In this document: in pieces, positions 15,909 through 25,907 of the stretch | Position numbering within the stretch: the stretch's first letter is position 1 | Layout: the number at the start of each line of letters is the position of its first letter | Origin: a virus | Lineage: Duplodnaviria; Heunggongvirae; Uroviricota; Caudoviricetes | Virus record (IMG/VR): IMGVR_UViG_2660238524_000011 | Direction: 5' to 3' (one strand) | Length of the DNA: 29,277 bases | The notes under the pieces: generated by a model | The model's database searches: none | What the model saw: the letters and a program-made list of their open reading frames with translations, nothing else | Told to the model about the DNA's origin: nothing | Program-made: the position numbers and the translations under genes

Positions 15909-16649
15909 ATGAACTGGCCGCAGATCACCTGGATTGTATGCATGTCCCTGAAACTGGCTTTCGAAGCCTTTCGGGTCTTCATCAGAACCGAACGCCTGTC
16001 AGTCCGCGCCGGGACCTTTCTGGTTCATATGGCATGGGTATTCTTTGTCGCAATGTTGCTCTGGTGTGGCGGCTTTTTTAGCCAGGCATGCGCAGCACAA
16101 CCTCCGCAGGCTGCGCTGCAGTATCGCGATGATGTGATCCGTAATGCCCGGCTTGAATGGGGACTGTCTGCGCCGGTGGCCGATTTCGCCGCGCAACTGC
16201 ATCAGGAAAGCGGCTGGCGACCTGATGCGATCTCGCCGGCTGGCGCTCAGGGACTGGCGCAGTTCATGCCTGCCACTGCCGACTGGATAAGCCAGTTGAT
16301 ACCGATGCTGAGCAGTCGTGAGCCGTTTAATCCGGCATGGGCTATCCGGGCGCTGGTCAGCTATGACCGCTGGCTGTGGCAGCGTGTCAGCGCCGCCAGT
16401 GACTGCGAGCGTATGGCCATGACACTGTCGGGCTATAACGGTGGTCTGGGCTGGGTACAACGGGACAGGCGGCTTGCATCACAGAAAGGTCTGGACAGCA
16501 CCCGCTGGTTCGGACATGTCGCCACGGTGAATGCCGGACGCAATGCGGCCAGCTGGCGGGAGAACCGCCATTATCCGCAGCGCATCCTGCGCGAACTGGC
16601 ACCGCGATATCTCACATGGGGAGGCAGCAGTTGTGTGGCATCTGGTTAA
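15909..16649 (+). CDS. endolysin, lytic transglycosylase (SLT domain) with N-terminal hydrophobic segment
   Basis: SLT-type motif LHQESGWRPDAISPAGAQGLAQFMP. N-terminal hydrophobic stretch suggests a signal-anchor or SAR type; an internal start at MAWVFFVAM is possible. Confidence 0.75.
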   Translation: MNWPQITWIVCMSLKLAFEAFRVFIRTERLSVRAGTFLVHMAWVFFVAMLLWCGGFFSQACAAQPPQAALQYRDDVIRNARLEWGLSAPVADFAAQLHQESGWRPDAISPAGAQGLAQFMPATADWISQLIPMLSSREPFNPAWAIRALVSYDRWLWQRVSAASDCERMAMTLSGYNGGLGWVQRDRRLASQKGLDSTRWFGHVATVNAGRNAASWRENRHYPQRILRELAPRYLTWGGSSCVASG

Positions 16650-17283
16650 AAAGCTGCCGTGGCGCGGCATTCTGCTGGCCATTCTTATCAATGCCTTTCT
16701 GGTCGGCCTGTATGCCATGGGATACAGAAGTGGTCATGACTCTGCAAAGCGTGACGGTGATACCGCGCTCAGTCAGTTGCAGTCAGCATTTGACGCGTAC
16801 AAAACGGAGCAGGCAACGCTTGAGAATGCTGCGCTGCGGGCCTGGGCCAGACGGTATCAGGAGCAGGTGGCCGCCGGGCAGCGGGCTGAAGCCGGTTATC
16901 TTGAGCAGATTGCTCAACTGGAGAGCCGGAACAAACAACTACAGGGGCAAATTAACGATGTCACACAGCGCTGGATTGATGAAAAAGGTAAGAGCCATCC
17001 CATTGAGTGCGTGTTTACTCGCGGTTTCGTGCGCCAGTACAACGCCGCACTCGGATATGACAACGCATCCGTCGACACCGGTCATTCAGACTCAGTTGCC
17101 GCCGCTGGCACCCGCTCTGGCACAGCGACCGGGCAACCTGAAACCACTGACACCCGGTTACGCGATTCGGGTGTCTCCCAGCGTGACGTTCTCGCCAACA
17201 TCATCGACAACGCATGGCAATGTCGTCGCTGGCGGAACCAGATAAACGCGTTGCTGGATGAACGGGAAGGATTACAGAAATGA
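16633..17283 (+). CDS. Rz-like i-spanin
   Basis: GTG at 16633 preceded by GGAGG. N-terminal TM (ILLAILINAFLVGLY) followed by coiled-coil. The track start at 16531 would overlap most of the endolysin 3' end. Confidence 0.55.
   Translation: MWHLVKKLPWRGILLAILINAFLVGLYAMGYRSGHDSAKRDGDTALSQLQSAFDAYKTEQATLENAALRAWARRYQEQVAAGQRAEAGYLEQIAQLESRNKQLQGQINDVTQRWIDEKGKSHPIECVFTRGFVRQYNAALGYDNASVDTGHSDSVAAAGTRSGTATGQPETTDTRLRDSGVSQRDVLANIIDNAWQCRRWRNQINALLDEREGLQK
16979..17245 (+). CDS. Rz1-like o-spanin lipoprotein, embedded in the +1 frame of Rz
   Basis: MKKVRAIPLSACLLAVSC lipoprotein-type signal with lipobox Cys, followed by a Pro-rich short product, wholly inside the Rz gene. Confidence 0.55.
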   Translation: MKKVRAIPLSACLLAVSCASTTPHSDMTTHPSTPVIQTQLPPLAPALAQRPGNLKPLTPGYAIRVSPSVTFSPTSSTTHGNVVAGGTR

Positions 17284-17606
17284 CACTGCAGGTTGAATTC
17301 TGGACGGTGGTGAGTTTTCTGCTCACCTTCATGGGGTTTGTGGGAGGGCTCGCCAAATGGTTGTTCAGTAAAACAGAAGAACGCCAGGCGGCACGATTCG
17401 CCTCCCTTGAACAGGCCCTGCAACAATCCGCCTCCAACTGGGGCGAGCTGGAAAAAGAATTTATGCGATTTAAAGCGGATTTACCGCTGAATTATGTCCG
17501 TCGAGAGGATTATATCCGTGGCCAGACAGTCATTGAGGCCAAACTGGACGCGCTTTATAACAAACTGGAAGTGGTACAGCAGTACCGCAATACCGGAGGT
17601 CAATAA
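17280..17606 (+). CDS. hypothetical late protein with N-terminal TM (108 aa)
   Basis: Start overlaps the Rz stop (ATGA). Confidence 0.45.
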   Translation: MTLQVEFWTVVSFLLTFMGFVGGLAKWLFSKTEERQAARFASLEQALQQSASNWGELEKEFMRFKADLPLNYVRREDYIRGQTVIEAKLDALYNKLEVVQQYRNTGGQ

Positions 17607-17917
17607 TGGTCGATATTACCCGGGTACGCCGCGAATCCCTGCGCTGGAGTCTGCTGGTTGCCCTGAACAAGACCCGCCCTTACACCGCCAGCGAGACGCT
17701 GCTGCTGGATGTGTCCCGTGCCATCTACCCGGACACCACACCGCTGGAACTGCGCCGCGAACTGGATTATCTGGCTGACCGTAAAATGGTTGAGCTGGAG
17801 AAAAAACCTTCTGGCGACTGGTTTGCTGACCTGACCCGCCTCGGCGTAGACCTGGTGGAATACACCGTGGAATGTGGTCCGGGTATTGCCCGCCCGGAAA
17901 AGTACTGGAGTGAATAA
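17606..17917 (+). CDS. hypothetical late protein (103 aa)
   Basis: GGAGG RBS 7 nt upstream; translationally coupled (TAATG). Confidence 0.45.
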   Translation: MVDITRVRRESLRWSLLVALNKTRPYTASETLLLDVSRAIYPDTTPLELRRELDYLADRKMVELEKKPSGDWFADLTRLGVDLVEYTVECGPGIARPEKYWSE

Positions 17918-18462
17918 TGGCCAGACGCAGCACAATAGAAAAGCTGCCGGAAGATGTGCGCCGCTGGCTTGAACGGGCGCTGACTGAATCCGGCTTCAGC
18001 GGGTATAACGAGCTGGAGTCCCTGTTGCGTGAGCGGGGGTACGTCATCAGCAAATCCGCTATCCATCGCTATGGACAGAAGATTGAGCGCCGCTATGGTG
18101 CTATCCGTGCGGCAACAGAAGCGGCCCGCATGCTGACCGAAGGCGCAGCAGACGATCAGGATGCGCGTTCGGAGGCTGTGATAGCCCTTATTCAGACCGA
18201 GCTGTTCGAGAGTATTGTCCAGTTGCAGGAGGCGGAAGAAGGCGAAGTCGATCCTAAAGAACGCGTGGCCCTGCTGTCGAAGGTGGCGAAGAATGTGGCT
18301 ACGCTGTCCCGCGCGTCCGTCAACCTCAAAAAGTTCCAGTCTGAAGTACGGGCCAGAGCGCAGCAGGCAGCCAGCAACGCCGAGAAAATTGCCCGTAAGG
18401 GGGGACTGTCAAGCGACGCAGTACAGGCGCTTCGTCGCGAGATTCTGGGGATTGCCACATGA
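17917..18462 (+). CDS. Mu gp27-like DNA-binding protein (putative terminase small subunit, DUF3486-like)
   Basis: 181 aa immediately upstream of the large terminase with overlapping stop/start. N-terminal basic region, C-terminal coiled-coil. Confidence 0.5.
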   Translation: MARRSTIEKLPEDVRRWLERALTESGFSGYNELESLLRERGYVISKSAIHRYGQKIERRYGAIRAATEAARMLTEGAADDQDARSEAVIALIQTELFESIVQLQEAEEGEVDPKERVALLSKVAKNVATLSRASVNLKKFQSEVRARAQQAASNAEKIARKGGLSSDAVQALRREILGIAT

Positions 18463-20054
18463 CAAAATCATCCGGAGTGATTTTAAACGCCGCTGGCGGC
18501 GGCCCCGAAGGGATGAGTCCCATGGACGGGAGGAATAACCTTGCTCCCGTTTTGCCTGATACCTCGGCGCTGGATGCTCCTCCCGTTCTGTTGCCTTACC
18601 AGCAGCGCTGGGTGGCAGACACCTCTCCGCTTAAGGTGATAGAAAAGAGCCGTCGTACCGGTATTACATGGGCTGAGGCATCCGATAACGTACTGACCGC
18701 CGCCTCTTCTGCGCCAGCAGGCGGGATGAATGTGTATTACATCGCTTATAACCAGGACATGACCGTCGAATACATTCAGGCGTGTGCGATGTGGGCACGG
18801 GCATTCAACTATGCGGCCAGTGAAATTGAAGAAGGATTCTGGGAAGAGGACGACGACGACAAACACATCAAGACTTACACCATCAAATTTCCTGACTCCG
18901 GCTTTCGTATTGTTGCGCTCTCCAGCCGCCCGTCTAACCTGCGTGGCCGTCAGGGTATTATTGTTATCGACGAAGCGGCGTTCCATGAGCAACTGGACGA
19001 ACTGCTGAAAGCGGCGCTGGCGATGCTTATCTGGGGGGGAAAGGTACGCGTTATCTCCACCCATGACGGTGACGACAATCCGTTCAATACGCTTATCGGG
19101 GATATCCGTGCCGGACGTCAGGGAGGCAGCATACATCGCATCACTTTCCGGGAAGCCGTATCTGAGGGGCTGTTCCGGCGCGTCTGTCTGCGCACCGGGA
19201 AGGAATGGTCGGAGGCATCCGAGCAGGCCTGGATGGCATCGGTGTACAAATTCTACGGTGCCGGCGCATCCGAAGAGCTTGACTGTATTCCGGCCAACGG
19301 TGGCGGTGCCTGGCTGTCCCGTGCCCTGATAGAGTCCCGCATGTCCGCTGATACGCCGGTATTGCGTCTGACCTGCAAGGAAGGTTATGAACTGCTGTCT
19401 GATGAGGTTCGCTTCCGCGAGACGCAGGACTGGCTTGATGAGTATCTGAAACCATTGCTGGAGGCACTCCCCACTGATGCCCGCTCTTTCCTGGGGCGCG
19501 ACTTTGGCCGTAGCGGTGATTTGTCGGTGGACTATCCCCTGCTGCAGGAGAAGAACCTGGTACGACGCGTGCCATTCGTACTGGAGCTGCGTAACGTGCC
19601 GTTCAGACAGCAGGAGCAAATCACCTGGTATCTGATGGATGGCCTGCCCGGTCTGCTGGGTGCAGCGTTTGATGCCCGTGGTAATGGTGCCTATCTGGCT
19701 GAATACGCCATGCAGCGCTACGGCTCCGGCCGGGTTCAGCAGGTGATGCCAACCGAAGGCTGGTACCGGGAGCATATGCCTCCGGTCAAAGCTGCACTGG
19801 AAGACGGCAACCTGGTGGACTTACCAAAGGATGAAGACACACTGGATGACCTGCGGGCCGTTCAGGTGGTGAACGGTGTCCCCCGCGTACCGGAGCAACG
19901 CTCAAAAGCAAAGGCTGACGGTGGTAAACGCCACGGGGATTCAGCCATCGCACTGGCGCTGGCGTATTTCGCCAGCCGTGAAATTAACAAAGGGCCGGTG
20001 AAGGCAAGCTCACGCCGTCGTCGTCAGGCGGCCCGTATGCTGGAGGGATTCTGA
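18459..20054 (+). CDS. terminase large subunit (Mu gp28-like)
   Basis: 531 aa. Walker B-like GIIVIDEAAFHE; C-terminal acidic nuclease-type region (DGGKRHGDSAIALALA). Confidence 0.8.
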   Translation: MTKSSGVILNAAGGGPEGMSPMDGRNNLAPVLPDTSALDAPPVLLPYQQRWVADTSPLKVIEKSRRTGITWAEASDNVLTAASSAPAGGMNVYYIAYNQDMTVEYIQACAMWARAFNYAASEIEEGFWEEDDDDKHIKTYTIKFPDSGFRIVALSSRPSNLRGRQGIIVIDEAAFHEQLDELLKAALAMLIWGGKVRVISTHDGDDNPFNTLIGDIRAGRQGGSIHRITFREAVSEGLFRRVCLRTGKEWSEASEQAWMASVYKFYGAGASEELDCIPANGGGAWLSRALIESRMSADTPVLRLTCKEGYELLSDEVRFRETQDWLDEYLKPLLEALPTDARSFLGRDFGRSGDLSVDYPLLQEKNLVRRVPFVLELRNVPFRQQEQITWYLMDGLPGLLGAAFDARGNGAYLAEYAMQRYGSGRVQQVMPTEGWYREHMPPVKAALEDGNLVDLPKDEDTLDDLRAVQVVNGVPRVPEQRSKAKADGGKRHGDSAIALALAYFASREINKGPVKASSRRRRQAARMLEGF

Positions 20055-21550
20055 TGGCGAGGGGTATCTGGGTTTCACCCGATGAATTTGTTGCTTTTTC
20101 TGAGCCTCAGAAATCACTGACCGCGCAGATTGCCTCCCGCAGCCGCGCGATCGACTTTTACGGACTGGGCATGTATCTGCCCAATCCTGATCCCATTCTC
20201 AAGGCTCAGGGACGGGATATCCGTATCTACCGCGAACTGCGCACCGACCCGCTGGTTGGGGGCTGTATCCGCAGACGTAAAGCAGCGCTCAAATCACTGG
20301 AGCGTGGACTGGAGCGTGGTCACGCTTCTGCCCGGGTCTTCCGTTTCATCCGCGACATGCTCGACGATCTGGATCTGTCCCGCATCATCGGTGAGATGAG
20401 TGATGCCGTGCTCTACGGGTATCAGCCCTGTGAAATCATGTGGGGCCGTTCGGTCAGGTCGTGGGCGGTGACGGATATTGTCGGCAAACCGCCTGAGTGG
20501 TTTCAGTTTGATACGGACAACTGCCTGCGCTTTCGGGCGCGTGATGCGGGTGTGGAGGGTGAGCTGCTGTCACCGTCAAAATTCGTGGTGCCGGCACAGG
20601 ATGCCTCGTATGACAATCCTTACGGTTTCCCGGACCTGTCCATGTGCTTCTGGCCGGTCGCCTTCAAGAAAGGCGGGATGAAATTCTGGCTCCGCTTTGC
20701 CGAAAAGTTTGGCTCCCCGTGGGTGATCGGTAAGCACCCGAGGGGCGCAAATGATGCAGAGATTGAAAAACTGCTGGACTCCATGGAGCAGATGGTGGAG
20801 GACGCGGTGGCCGCCATCCCCGATGACAGCAGTATTGAGCTCAGGGCAGCGGATGGCAAGGCAGACAGCAGCGAGGTATTTCGCGAGCTGATCACACTGT
20901 CACGCAGTGAGATCTCCATTGCATTACTCGGTCAGAATCAGACCACGGAAGCGAACAGTAACAAGGCCTCTGCACAGGCCGGGCTGGAGGTAACGGCTGA
21001 TATCCGCGATGCGGATGCGGACATCATTCAGGCGGCAGTGAATCAGGTCATCAGAACGGTGGTCACCCTGAACTTCGGCGATGTGCCGTGTCCGGTCTGG
21101 GCCATGTGGGAACAGGAGGCCATTGATGACACCCGTGCCACCCGCGACGAAAAACTCACCCGGGCGGGTCTGCGTCTGACCCCGCAATACTTTAAGCGTG
21201 AGTACCAACTGCAGGACGGCGATATTGACGAGACACCACCGTCGGAACGCCAGAATAACATGCTGCCGCTGTCATTTGCCGAGGCGATTGATGCCGATAT
21301 TCAGGCTCAGCAGCAGCTTGACGACGCGCTGGACATTCTGATGAACGGAGGTGTGTTAAATGGCACGCTGGAACCCGTCCTGGCACCTCTGTTTAAGCGG
21401 GTCGAAAACGGGGTTAACCCGTCTGAGCTGCTGGGCGAACTGGCGGAGCTCTACCCTCAGATGAACACGGACGATCTGCAGGAGCGGCTGGCCCGCATTC
21501 TCTTTGTGGCAAATATCCGGGGACGTCTGCATGAGCGTGACAACGGCTGA
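20054..21550 (+). CDS. portal protein (Mu gp29-like, DUF935-type)
   Basis: 498 aa directly after the terminase with overlapping stop/start. Confidence 0.75.
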   Translation: MARGIWVSPDEFVAFSEPQKSLTAQIASRSRAIDFYGLGMYLPNPDPILKAQGRDIRIYRELRTDPLVGGCIRRRKAALKSLERGLERGHASARVFRFIRDMLDDLDLSRIIGEMSDAVLYGYQPCEIMWGRSVRSWAVTDIVGKPPEWFQFDTDNCLRFRARDAGVEGELLSPSKFVVPAQDASYDNPYGFPDLSMCFWPVAFKKGGMKFWLRFAEKFGSPWVIGKHPRGANDAEIEKLLDSMEQMVEDAVAAIPDDSSIELRAADGKADSSEVFRELITLSRSEISIALLGQNQTTEANSNKASAQAGLEVTADIRDADADIIQAAVNQVIRTVVTLNFGDVPCPVWAMWEQEAIDDTRATRDEKLTRAGLRLTPQYFKREYQLQDGDIDETPPSERQNNMLPLSFAEAIDADIQAQQQLDDALDILMNGGVLNGTLEPVLAPLFKRVENGVNPSELLGELAELYPQMNTDDLQERLARILFVANIRGRLHERDNG

Positions 21551-22352
21551 ACTGGCGTACTGCATGACGCTTCCCCCGAAGCGGGCAATCAACTACCTGA
21601 AGTCCAAAGGATATCAGATTACCTGGGACTGGGAAGAAATGTGGCAGGAGGCCCATGCCCGCGCCTTTACCGTTGCTAAAGTGACCCGCCTGGATATCCT
21701 GGAAGATATTCGCGGGGCACTGCAGCAGGCTGTCGATGAAGGAAAAACCGATCGCTGGTTCCGGCAGGAGCTGGAGCCGGTGCTGAAGCGTAAGGGATGG
21801 TGGGGACCACGTGACACGACTGACCCGGTAACGGGTGAGCCGGTCACCATTCAGCAGGGCAGTCCGTGGCGGCTCGATACCATCTTTCGCACCAATATGT
21901 CCGTACTCTACAGCGCCGGTCGTTGGGCGGAACAGATGGAAAACGTCGACGACAGGCCGTACTGGATGTATACCGGCATCAACGACAGCCATACCCGCAG
22001 GAGCCATCTGGCGCTGCATGGTCTGGTGCTGCGCTGGGATGACCCGTTCTGGCAGGCATTTTACCCGCCGAACGGCTGGCGCTGCCGCTGTAGTGTTATT
22101 GCCCTGAGTGCGGCGGATGTACGTGCCCGTGGCCTGAAGGTTATCAGCTCCGGCTCTGCCATGGGCCAGGAACTGAAACTGGTCTCAGAGAAAACCGGCG
22201 AAATGCGGAACGTGGCCACCTTTAATACCGGCACCACGAAGGTGACCACCGACGTCGGCTGGTCTTATGCTCCGGGGGCAGCATACCGTCCCGACCTGGC
22301 CCGCTATCAGGGTACGCTTCAGCCACTGGCACAACAGGAACTGAGAGGATAA
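21531..22352 (+). CDS. head morphogenesis protein (Mu F/gp30-like)
   Basis: Track ORF trimmed to the ATG at 21531 (MSVTTAEL). Conserved position after the portal. Confidence 0.65.
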   Translation: MSVTTAELAYCMTLPPKRAINYLKSKGYQITWDWEEMWQEAHARAFTVAKVTRLDILEDIRGALQQAVDEGKTDRWFRQELEPVLKRKGWWGPRDTTDPVTGEPVTIQQGSPWRLDTIFRTNMSVLYSAGRWAEQMENVDDRPYWMYTGINDSHTRRSHLALHGLVLRWDDPFWQAFYPPNGWRCRCSVIALSAADVRARGLKVISSGSAMGQELKLVSEKTGEMRNVATFNTGTTKVTTDVGWSYAPGAAYRPDLARYQGTLQPLAQQELRG

Positions 22353-22354
22353 CA

Positions 22355-22813
22355 ATGGCTTCCGATAACCTGGTCAGTATCACCATTAACGATAAGTCCC
22401 TGCGCCGGAGCCTCCGTGCGCTGGATCTTGCTGCCACAGACCTGGAGCCCGCGATGCGCAAAATCGCCGGAACCCTGCTGGCGGAAACACAGTTTAACTT
22501 TCTTGATGAGGGGCGTCCGGGGTGGATGCCCTCGCTGGCAGCGGAAGAACGTGACGGGCAGACACTGCAGGATACCGGGCGTCTGATGGGGTCAGTATCA
22601 ACCGACCATGACGACCGGCAGGCTGTTGTGGGGACCAACGTTGTTTACGGTGCCATTCACCAGTTCGGGGGTAAAACGGGGCGTAATGAGTCTGTTGAAC
22701 TTCCGGCCCGCCCGTTCCTGCCGGTGACGGGGGATGGAGAACTACAGCCTGAAGTGGTAATCCCCATCCTCGATACCATTGTCCGCCATCTTGAATCAGC
22801 GGCCCGTCGCTGA
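22355..22813 (+). CDS. virion morphogenesis protein (Mu G-like)
   Basis: 152 aa at the position of Mu G. Confidence 0.55.
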   Translation: MASDNLVSITINDKSLRRSLRALDLAATDLEPAMRKIAGTLLAETQFNFLDEGRPGWMPSLAAEERDGQTLQDTGRLMGSVSTDHDDRQAVVGTNVVYGAIHQFGGKTGRNESVELPARPFLPVTGDGELQPEVVIPILDTIVRHLESAARR

Positions 22814-22855
22814 GTTTTCTCTCTTCAGGCGGGTGATTTATCATTGCCAGCGAAT

Positions 22856-22900
22856 GAGGGGCTGTATTACCTTTATAAAGGCTTTACAGCCTCTGTTTTA
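22856..22900 (+). other. nested palindromic hairpin in the G-I intergenic region (possible terminator or regulatory site)
   Basis: GCTGTA ... TACAGC arms enclosing the perfect 12-bp palindrome CCTTTATAAAGG (22870-22881), followed by TGTTTTAT. Confidence 0.3.
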
Positions 22901-23027
22901 TAACCGCCTCCGGTTCACCGCATTGCTTTCCCTGTCCTTCTCCCCTGATGTTTTCTAAAGCAGATTAAAATCGCCGGGCCTGCATTTCTCACAAACTGTC
23001 TCCGACAACATAACGCGGGACAGCAAA

Positions 23028-24143
23028 ATGTCAGCCATTCACATTTTTAAAGCCGGTACTCATACCGATATGCACGGCAAAAAACTGCCGTTCACGCCAG
23101 ACGATCTTGCCGCCTGCGTGAAAGCCTATGACCCGTCCGTCCATGAAGCACCACTCGTGATTGGTCATCCCAGAACGGAAGACCCGGCGTGGGGCTGGGT
23201 GAAAGCCCTGTCGCTCAGCGGCGTCGATCTGATGGCAGAGCCTGCCCAGCTGGACCCGCAGTTTGCTGAGATGGTCACCGACGGACGATTCAAAAAAGTG
23301 TCCGCCTCTTTCTACCTCCCGGATTCACCGTCCAATCCGAAGCCCGGCGTGCTCTACCTTCGCCATGTGGGCTTTCTCGGGGCACAGCCACCTTCCGTCA
23401 AGGGGCTGAAACAGGTGTCCTTCAGTGAGCAGGAAGAAGGTGTGGTGGAGTTCGCCGACTGGCAGGCCATCACGAATGCCTCCCTGTGGGGAAAGCTGCG
23501 CGATTTTCTGATCGCCCGCTTCAGTCTGGACGAGGCAGAAAAAGTCCTGCCGGAATGGCAGCTCAACAGTCTGCGCGAAGAGGCGTACCGCGACACACTG
23601 TCGCAGGATGCAGCAGGTGCACAATTCAGTGAGACAGGCCCGGGGCCGTCTTCCGCAAGTAACGAGGAATCATCGATGACAAAAGAAGAGATTGAAGCCC
23701 TTCAGGAGGAGAACCGCCGCCTGAAGCAGCAGGCTGCTGATCGCGATGCGCGTGATGCACAGGTCAGACAGGAGCAACTGCATAAGGACAATGTGGCCTT
23801 TGCAGAAAAACTGGTCGCAGAGGGCCGTCTGGCTCCCCGCGCCTCCTCCGTGGTGGTTGCCCTGCTGGATGCCGTCGCCGGTGGCGACAAGCCGGTGGAG
23901 TTTGCTGAGGGGGAAAGCCGCACACCGCTGGCCACCGCCTTTCGTTCATTGCTCTCCGACGGGGAGCCGGTGATGAATTTCGCCGAACAGGCCACAAAAG
24001 AGCGTGTCGGCGACACGGTGAAGGTGGATGTGGCAGAGTTTGCGGAAGCCGATCCTGAGCGTCTGGCCCTGCATCAGAAAGCAGTGGCCCTGTCCAAAAA
24101 AGAAGGCATCAGCTATGAGGCTGCTGTCGCACGCTGCCTGTAA
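23028..24143 (+). CDS. head protease/scaffold protein (Mu I-like)
   Basis: 371 aa; N-terminal domain followed by a charged coiled-coil C-terminal part; immediately upstream of the major capsid gene. Confidence 0.65.
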   Translation: MSAIHIFKAGTHTDMHGKKLPFTPDDLAACVKAYDPSVHEAPLVIGHPRTEDPAWGWVKALSLSGVDLMAEPAQLDPQFAEMVTDGRFKKVSASFYLPDSPSNPKPGVLYLRHVGFLGAQPPSVKGLKQVSFSEQEEGVVEFADWQAITNASLWGKLRDFLIARFSLDEAEKVLPEWQLNSLREEAYRDTLSQDAAGAQFSETGPGPSSASNEESSMTKEEIEALQEENRRLKQQAADRDARDAQVRQEQLHKDNVAFAEKLVAEGRLAPRASSVVVALLDAVAGGDKPVEFAEGESRTPLATAFRSLLSDGEPVMNFAEQATKERVGDTVKVDVAEFAEADPERLALHQKAVALSKKEGISYEAAVARCL

Positions 24144-24157
24144 TTTAAGGAGAGAGC

Positions 24158-25111
24158 ATGTCTGATTACTTAAAAGGTAAACGTGTCGTTGATCCGGTAC
24201 TGACCAGTATCGCCCGTGGCTATAAAAATGCCGCATTCATCGGCGAACGTATTTTCCCCGTCGTGCTGACGGACAAGGAAGGCGTGCGTGTACCGACCTT
24301 CGGGAAAACCGCCTTTGTGGAATATGACACCGAGCGTGCCGTCGGGGCGGACAGCAATGTTCTGGTCCGTGAAAAAACAGGCACGCTGGACCTGGTGCTG
24401 GGTGAACACGATCTGGCTGCGCCGGTGGACTATCGCGAGCAGGCGGAGTCCATGTTTAACGAAGAGAGCAAGGCCATCCGTCGCGCCACGAATGGCGTGA
24501 ACCTGCGCCGTGAACTTATCGCTGCCCGTCTGGCTCAGGATGAAAAGGTCTACCGTACCGGGCACGTCAAAAAACTGACAGCCAGTGATCGCTGGGCCGG
24601 TGGTAAGGGGGACCCCATCGGGGTGATTGAAGCCGGTATGGAAGCGGTCCGTACGGCCACGGGGCTGCGTCCTAACCTGATGACCATGGGGGCCGGCGTG
24701 ATGGCGCTGCTGAAGTTCCACCCGGCGATTCAGGCCGCCATCGGAGCCAACGAACGCAAGCGCATCACCACAGAAATCCTGCAGGACCTCTTTCAGATCG
24801 AAGAGATCGTCATCGGTGCCCCAGTCTCCCTGCCGTCCATGAAAGCGGCAATGGATAAGAACAGCGTGCCGGCGGATATCTGGGGAGACAATCTGATGCT
24901 GCACTATGTCGGCAAACCGCAGCCGGGGGCGGACAGCGCGGACGAGAACGAGCCGTCCTTCGGCTACACCCTGCGTCGTAAGGGGATGCCTGTTGCCGAC
25001 AAATACGACGGAGCCGGTGGCAAGGTGAAGTACTGCCGTTATACCGATATCTACAAAGTCGCCGTGGTTGGTGGCGATGCCGGGTATCTCATTACCGGTA
25101 TCAGTAAATAA
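24158..25111 (+). CDS. major capsid protein (Mu T-like)
   Basis: 317 aa at the Mu T position. GGAGAG RBS before the ATG. Confidence 0.75.
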   Translation: MSDYLKGKRVVDPVLTSIARGYKNAAFIGERIFPVVLTDKEGVRVPTFGKTAFVEYDTERAVGADSNVLVREKTGTLDLVLGEHDLAAPVDYREQAESMFNEESKAIRRATNGVNLRRELIAARLAQDEKVYRTGHVKKLTASDRWAGGKGDPIGVIEAGMEAVRTATGLRPNLMTMGAGVMALLKFHPAIQAAIGANERKRITTEILQDLFQIEEIVIGAPVSLPSMKAAMDKNSVPADIWGDNLMLHYVGKPQPGADSADENEPSFGYTLRRKGMPVADKYDGAGGKVKYCRYTDIYKVAVVGGDAGYLITGISK

Positions 25112-25120
25112 GGAGGCGTT

Positions 25121-25459
25121 ATGGGAACCACTCAGCAGGTCATTCTGATCACAACCGTAACGGCAGGGGCAGCACTGGCACAGCAGCGTTTTGTCGGGGC
25201 AGATAATACCCCCTGTAAAGCCGGTGCCGCAGCGCTCGGGGTTGCCGAAGTGGATGCTGTTACCGGCGACAGCACGCCGGTGAGCGTTCTGGGCATTATT
25301 GCTGTCGAGGCCGGGGCCGCTGTCAGCCGTGGTGTGGCTGTTCAGTCAGATGCTCAGGCCAGAGCCGTGCCGCAGTCCGGCGACGGTAAATCCTGTGGTA
25401 TTGCACTTGATGAAGCCGGGGGTGAAGGCGACGTCATTCGTATCCTGCGCGGGGTGTGA
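25121..25459 (+). CDS. small Ala/Gly/Val-rich head-associated protein (DUF2190-like)
   Basis: 112 aa, low complexity, immediately after the capsid gene. AGGAGG RBS. Confidence 0.45.
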   Translation: MGTTQQVILITTVTAGAALAQQRFVGADNTPCKAGAAALGVAEVDAVTGDSTPVSVLGIIAVEAGAAVSRGVAVQSDAQARAVPQSGDGKSCGIALDEAGGEGDVIRILRGV

Positions 25460-25460
25460 C

Positions 25461-25907
25461 ATGTACTGCACCCTGGAGGATTTGCTTGCGCAGGTGCCGG
25501 AGCGGACGCTTATCGAGCTCACCAGTGAAGAGATGGACTTCGACTCACCTGCAACAGTGAATACCCGTGTGGTGGACAGCTGTATCCGCTATGCCGACGA
25601 GCTGATTGATGCCCATCTGCGCGGACGCTATATCCTGCCACTGGCAGAGATACCGACTGTTCTGCGGGACATTGCCATCACGCTGGTCCGTTACCGGCTC
25701 TACGCCCGCCGCCCGGAAGGTGACCTCCCGGATACGGTGAAGGATGACCACAAAGAAGCGCTGCGGCAACTCAGGGAGTTACGTGATAACAGGCTCACGC
25801 TGGGGCTGCCGTCCACTCAGAAAGATGTGCCTGAGCCTGGCGAGTTTCGTGTACGCAGTCGCCCGGCCACTTTCGGCGGTCGTGACGGTTTACTGGAGAA
25901 ATACTGA
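25461..25907 (+). CDS. Mu gp36-like protein (head-tail joining, DUF1320-like)
   Basis: Track ORF 25299..25907 trimmed to the ATG at 25461 (MYCTLEDLLAQV), which follows the stop of the previous gene. Confidence 0.5.
   Translation: MYCTLEDLLAQVPERTLIELTSEEMDFDSPATVNTRVVDSCIRYADELIDAHLRGRYILPLAEIPTVLRDIAITLVRYRLYARRPEGDLPDTVKDDHKEALRQLRELRDNRLTLGLPSTQKDVPEPGEFRVRSRPATFGGRDGLLEKY

Noticed and set aside
18483-19775. 430-aa minus-strand ORF
   Set aside because: Lies entirely antisense within the terminase large subunit gene; a shadow ORF.
21414-22019. 201-aa minus-strand ORF
   Set aside because: Antisense to the portal and F-like genes; no independent support.
24170-24904. 244-aa minus-strand ORF
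   Set aside because: Antisense to the major capsid gene; no independent support.
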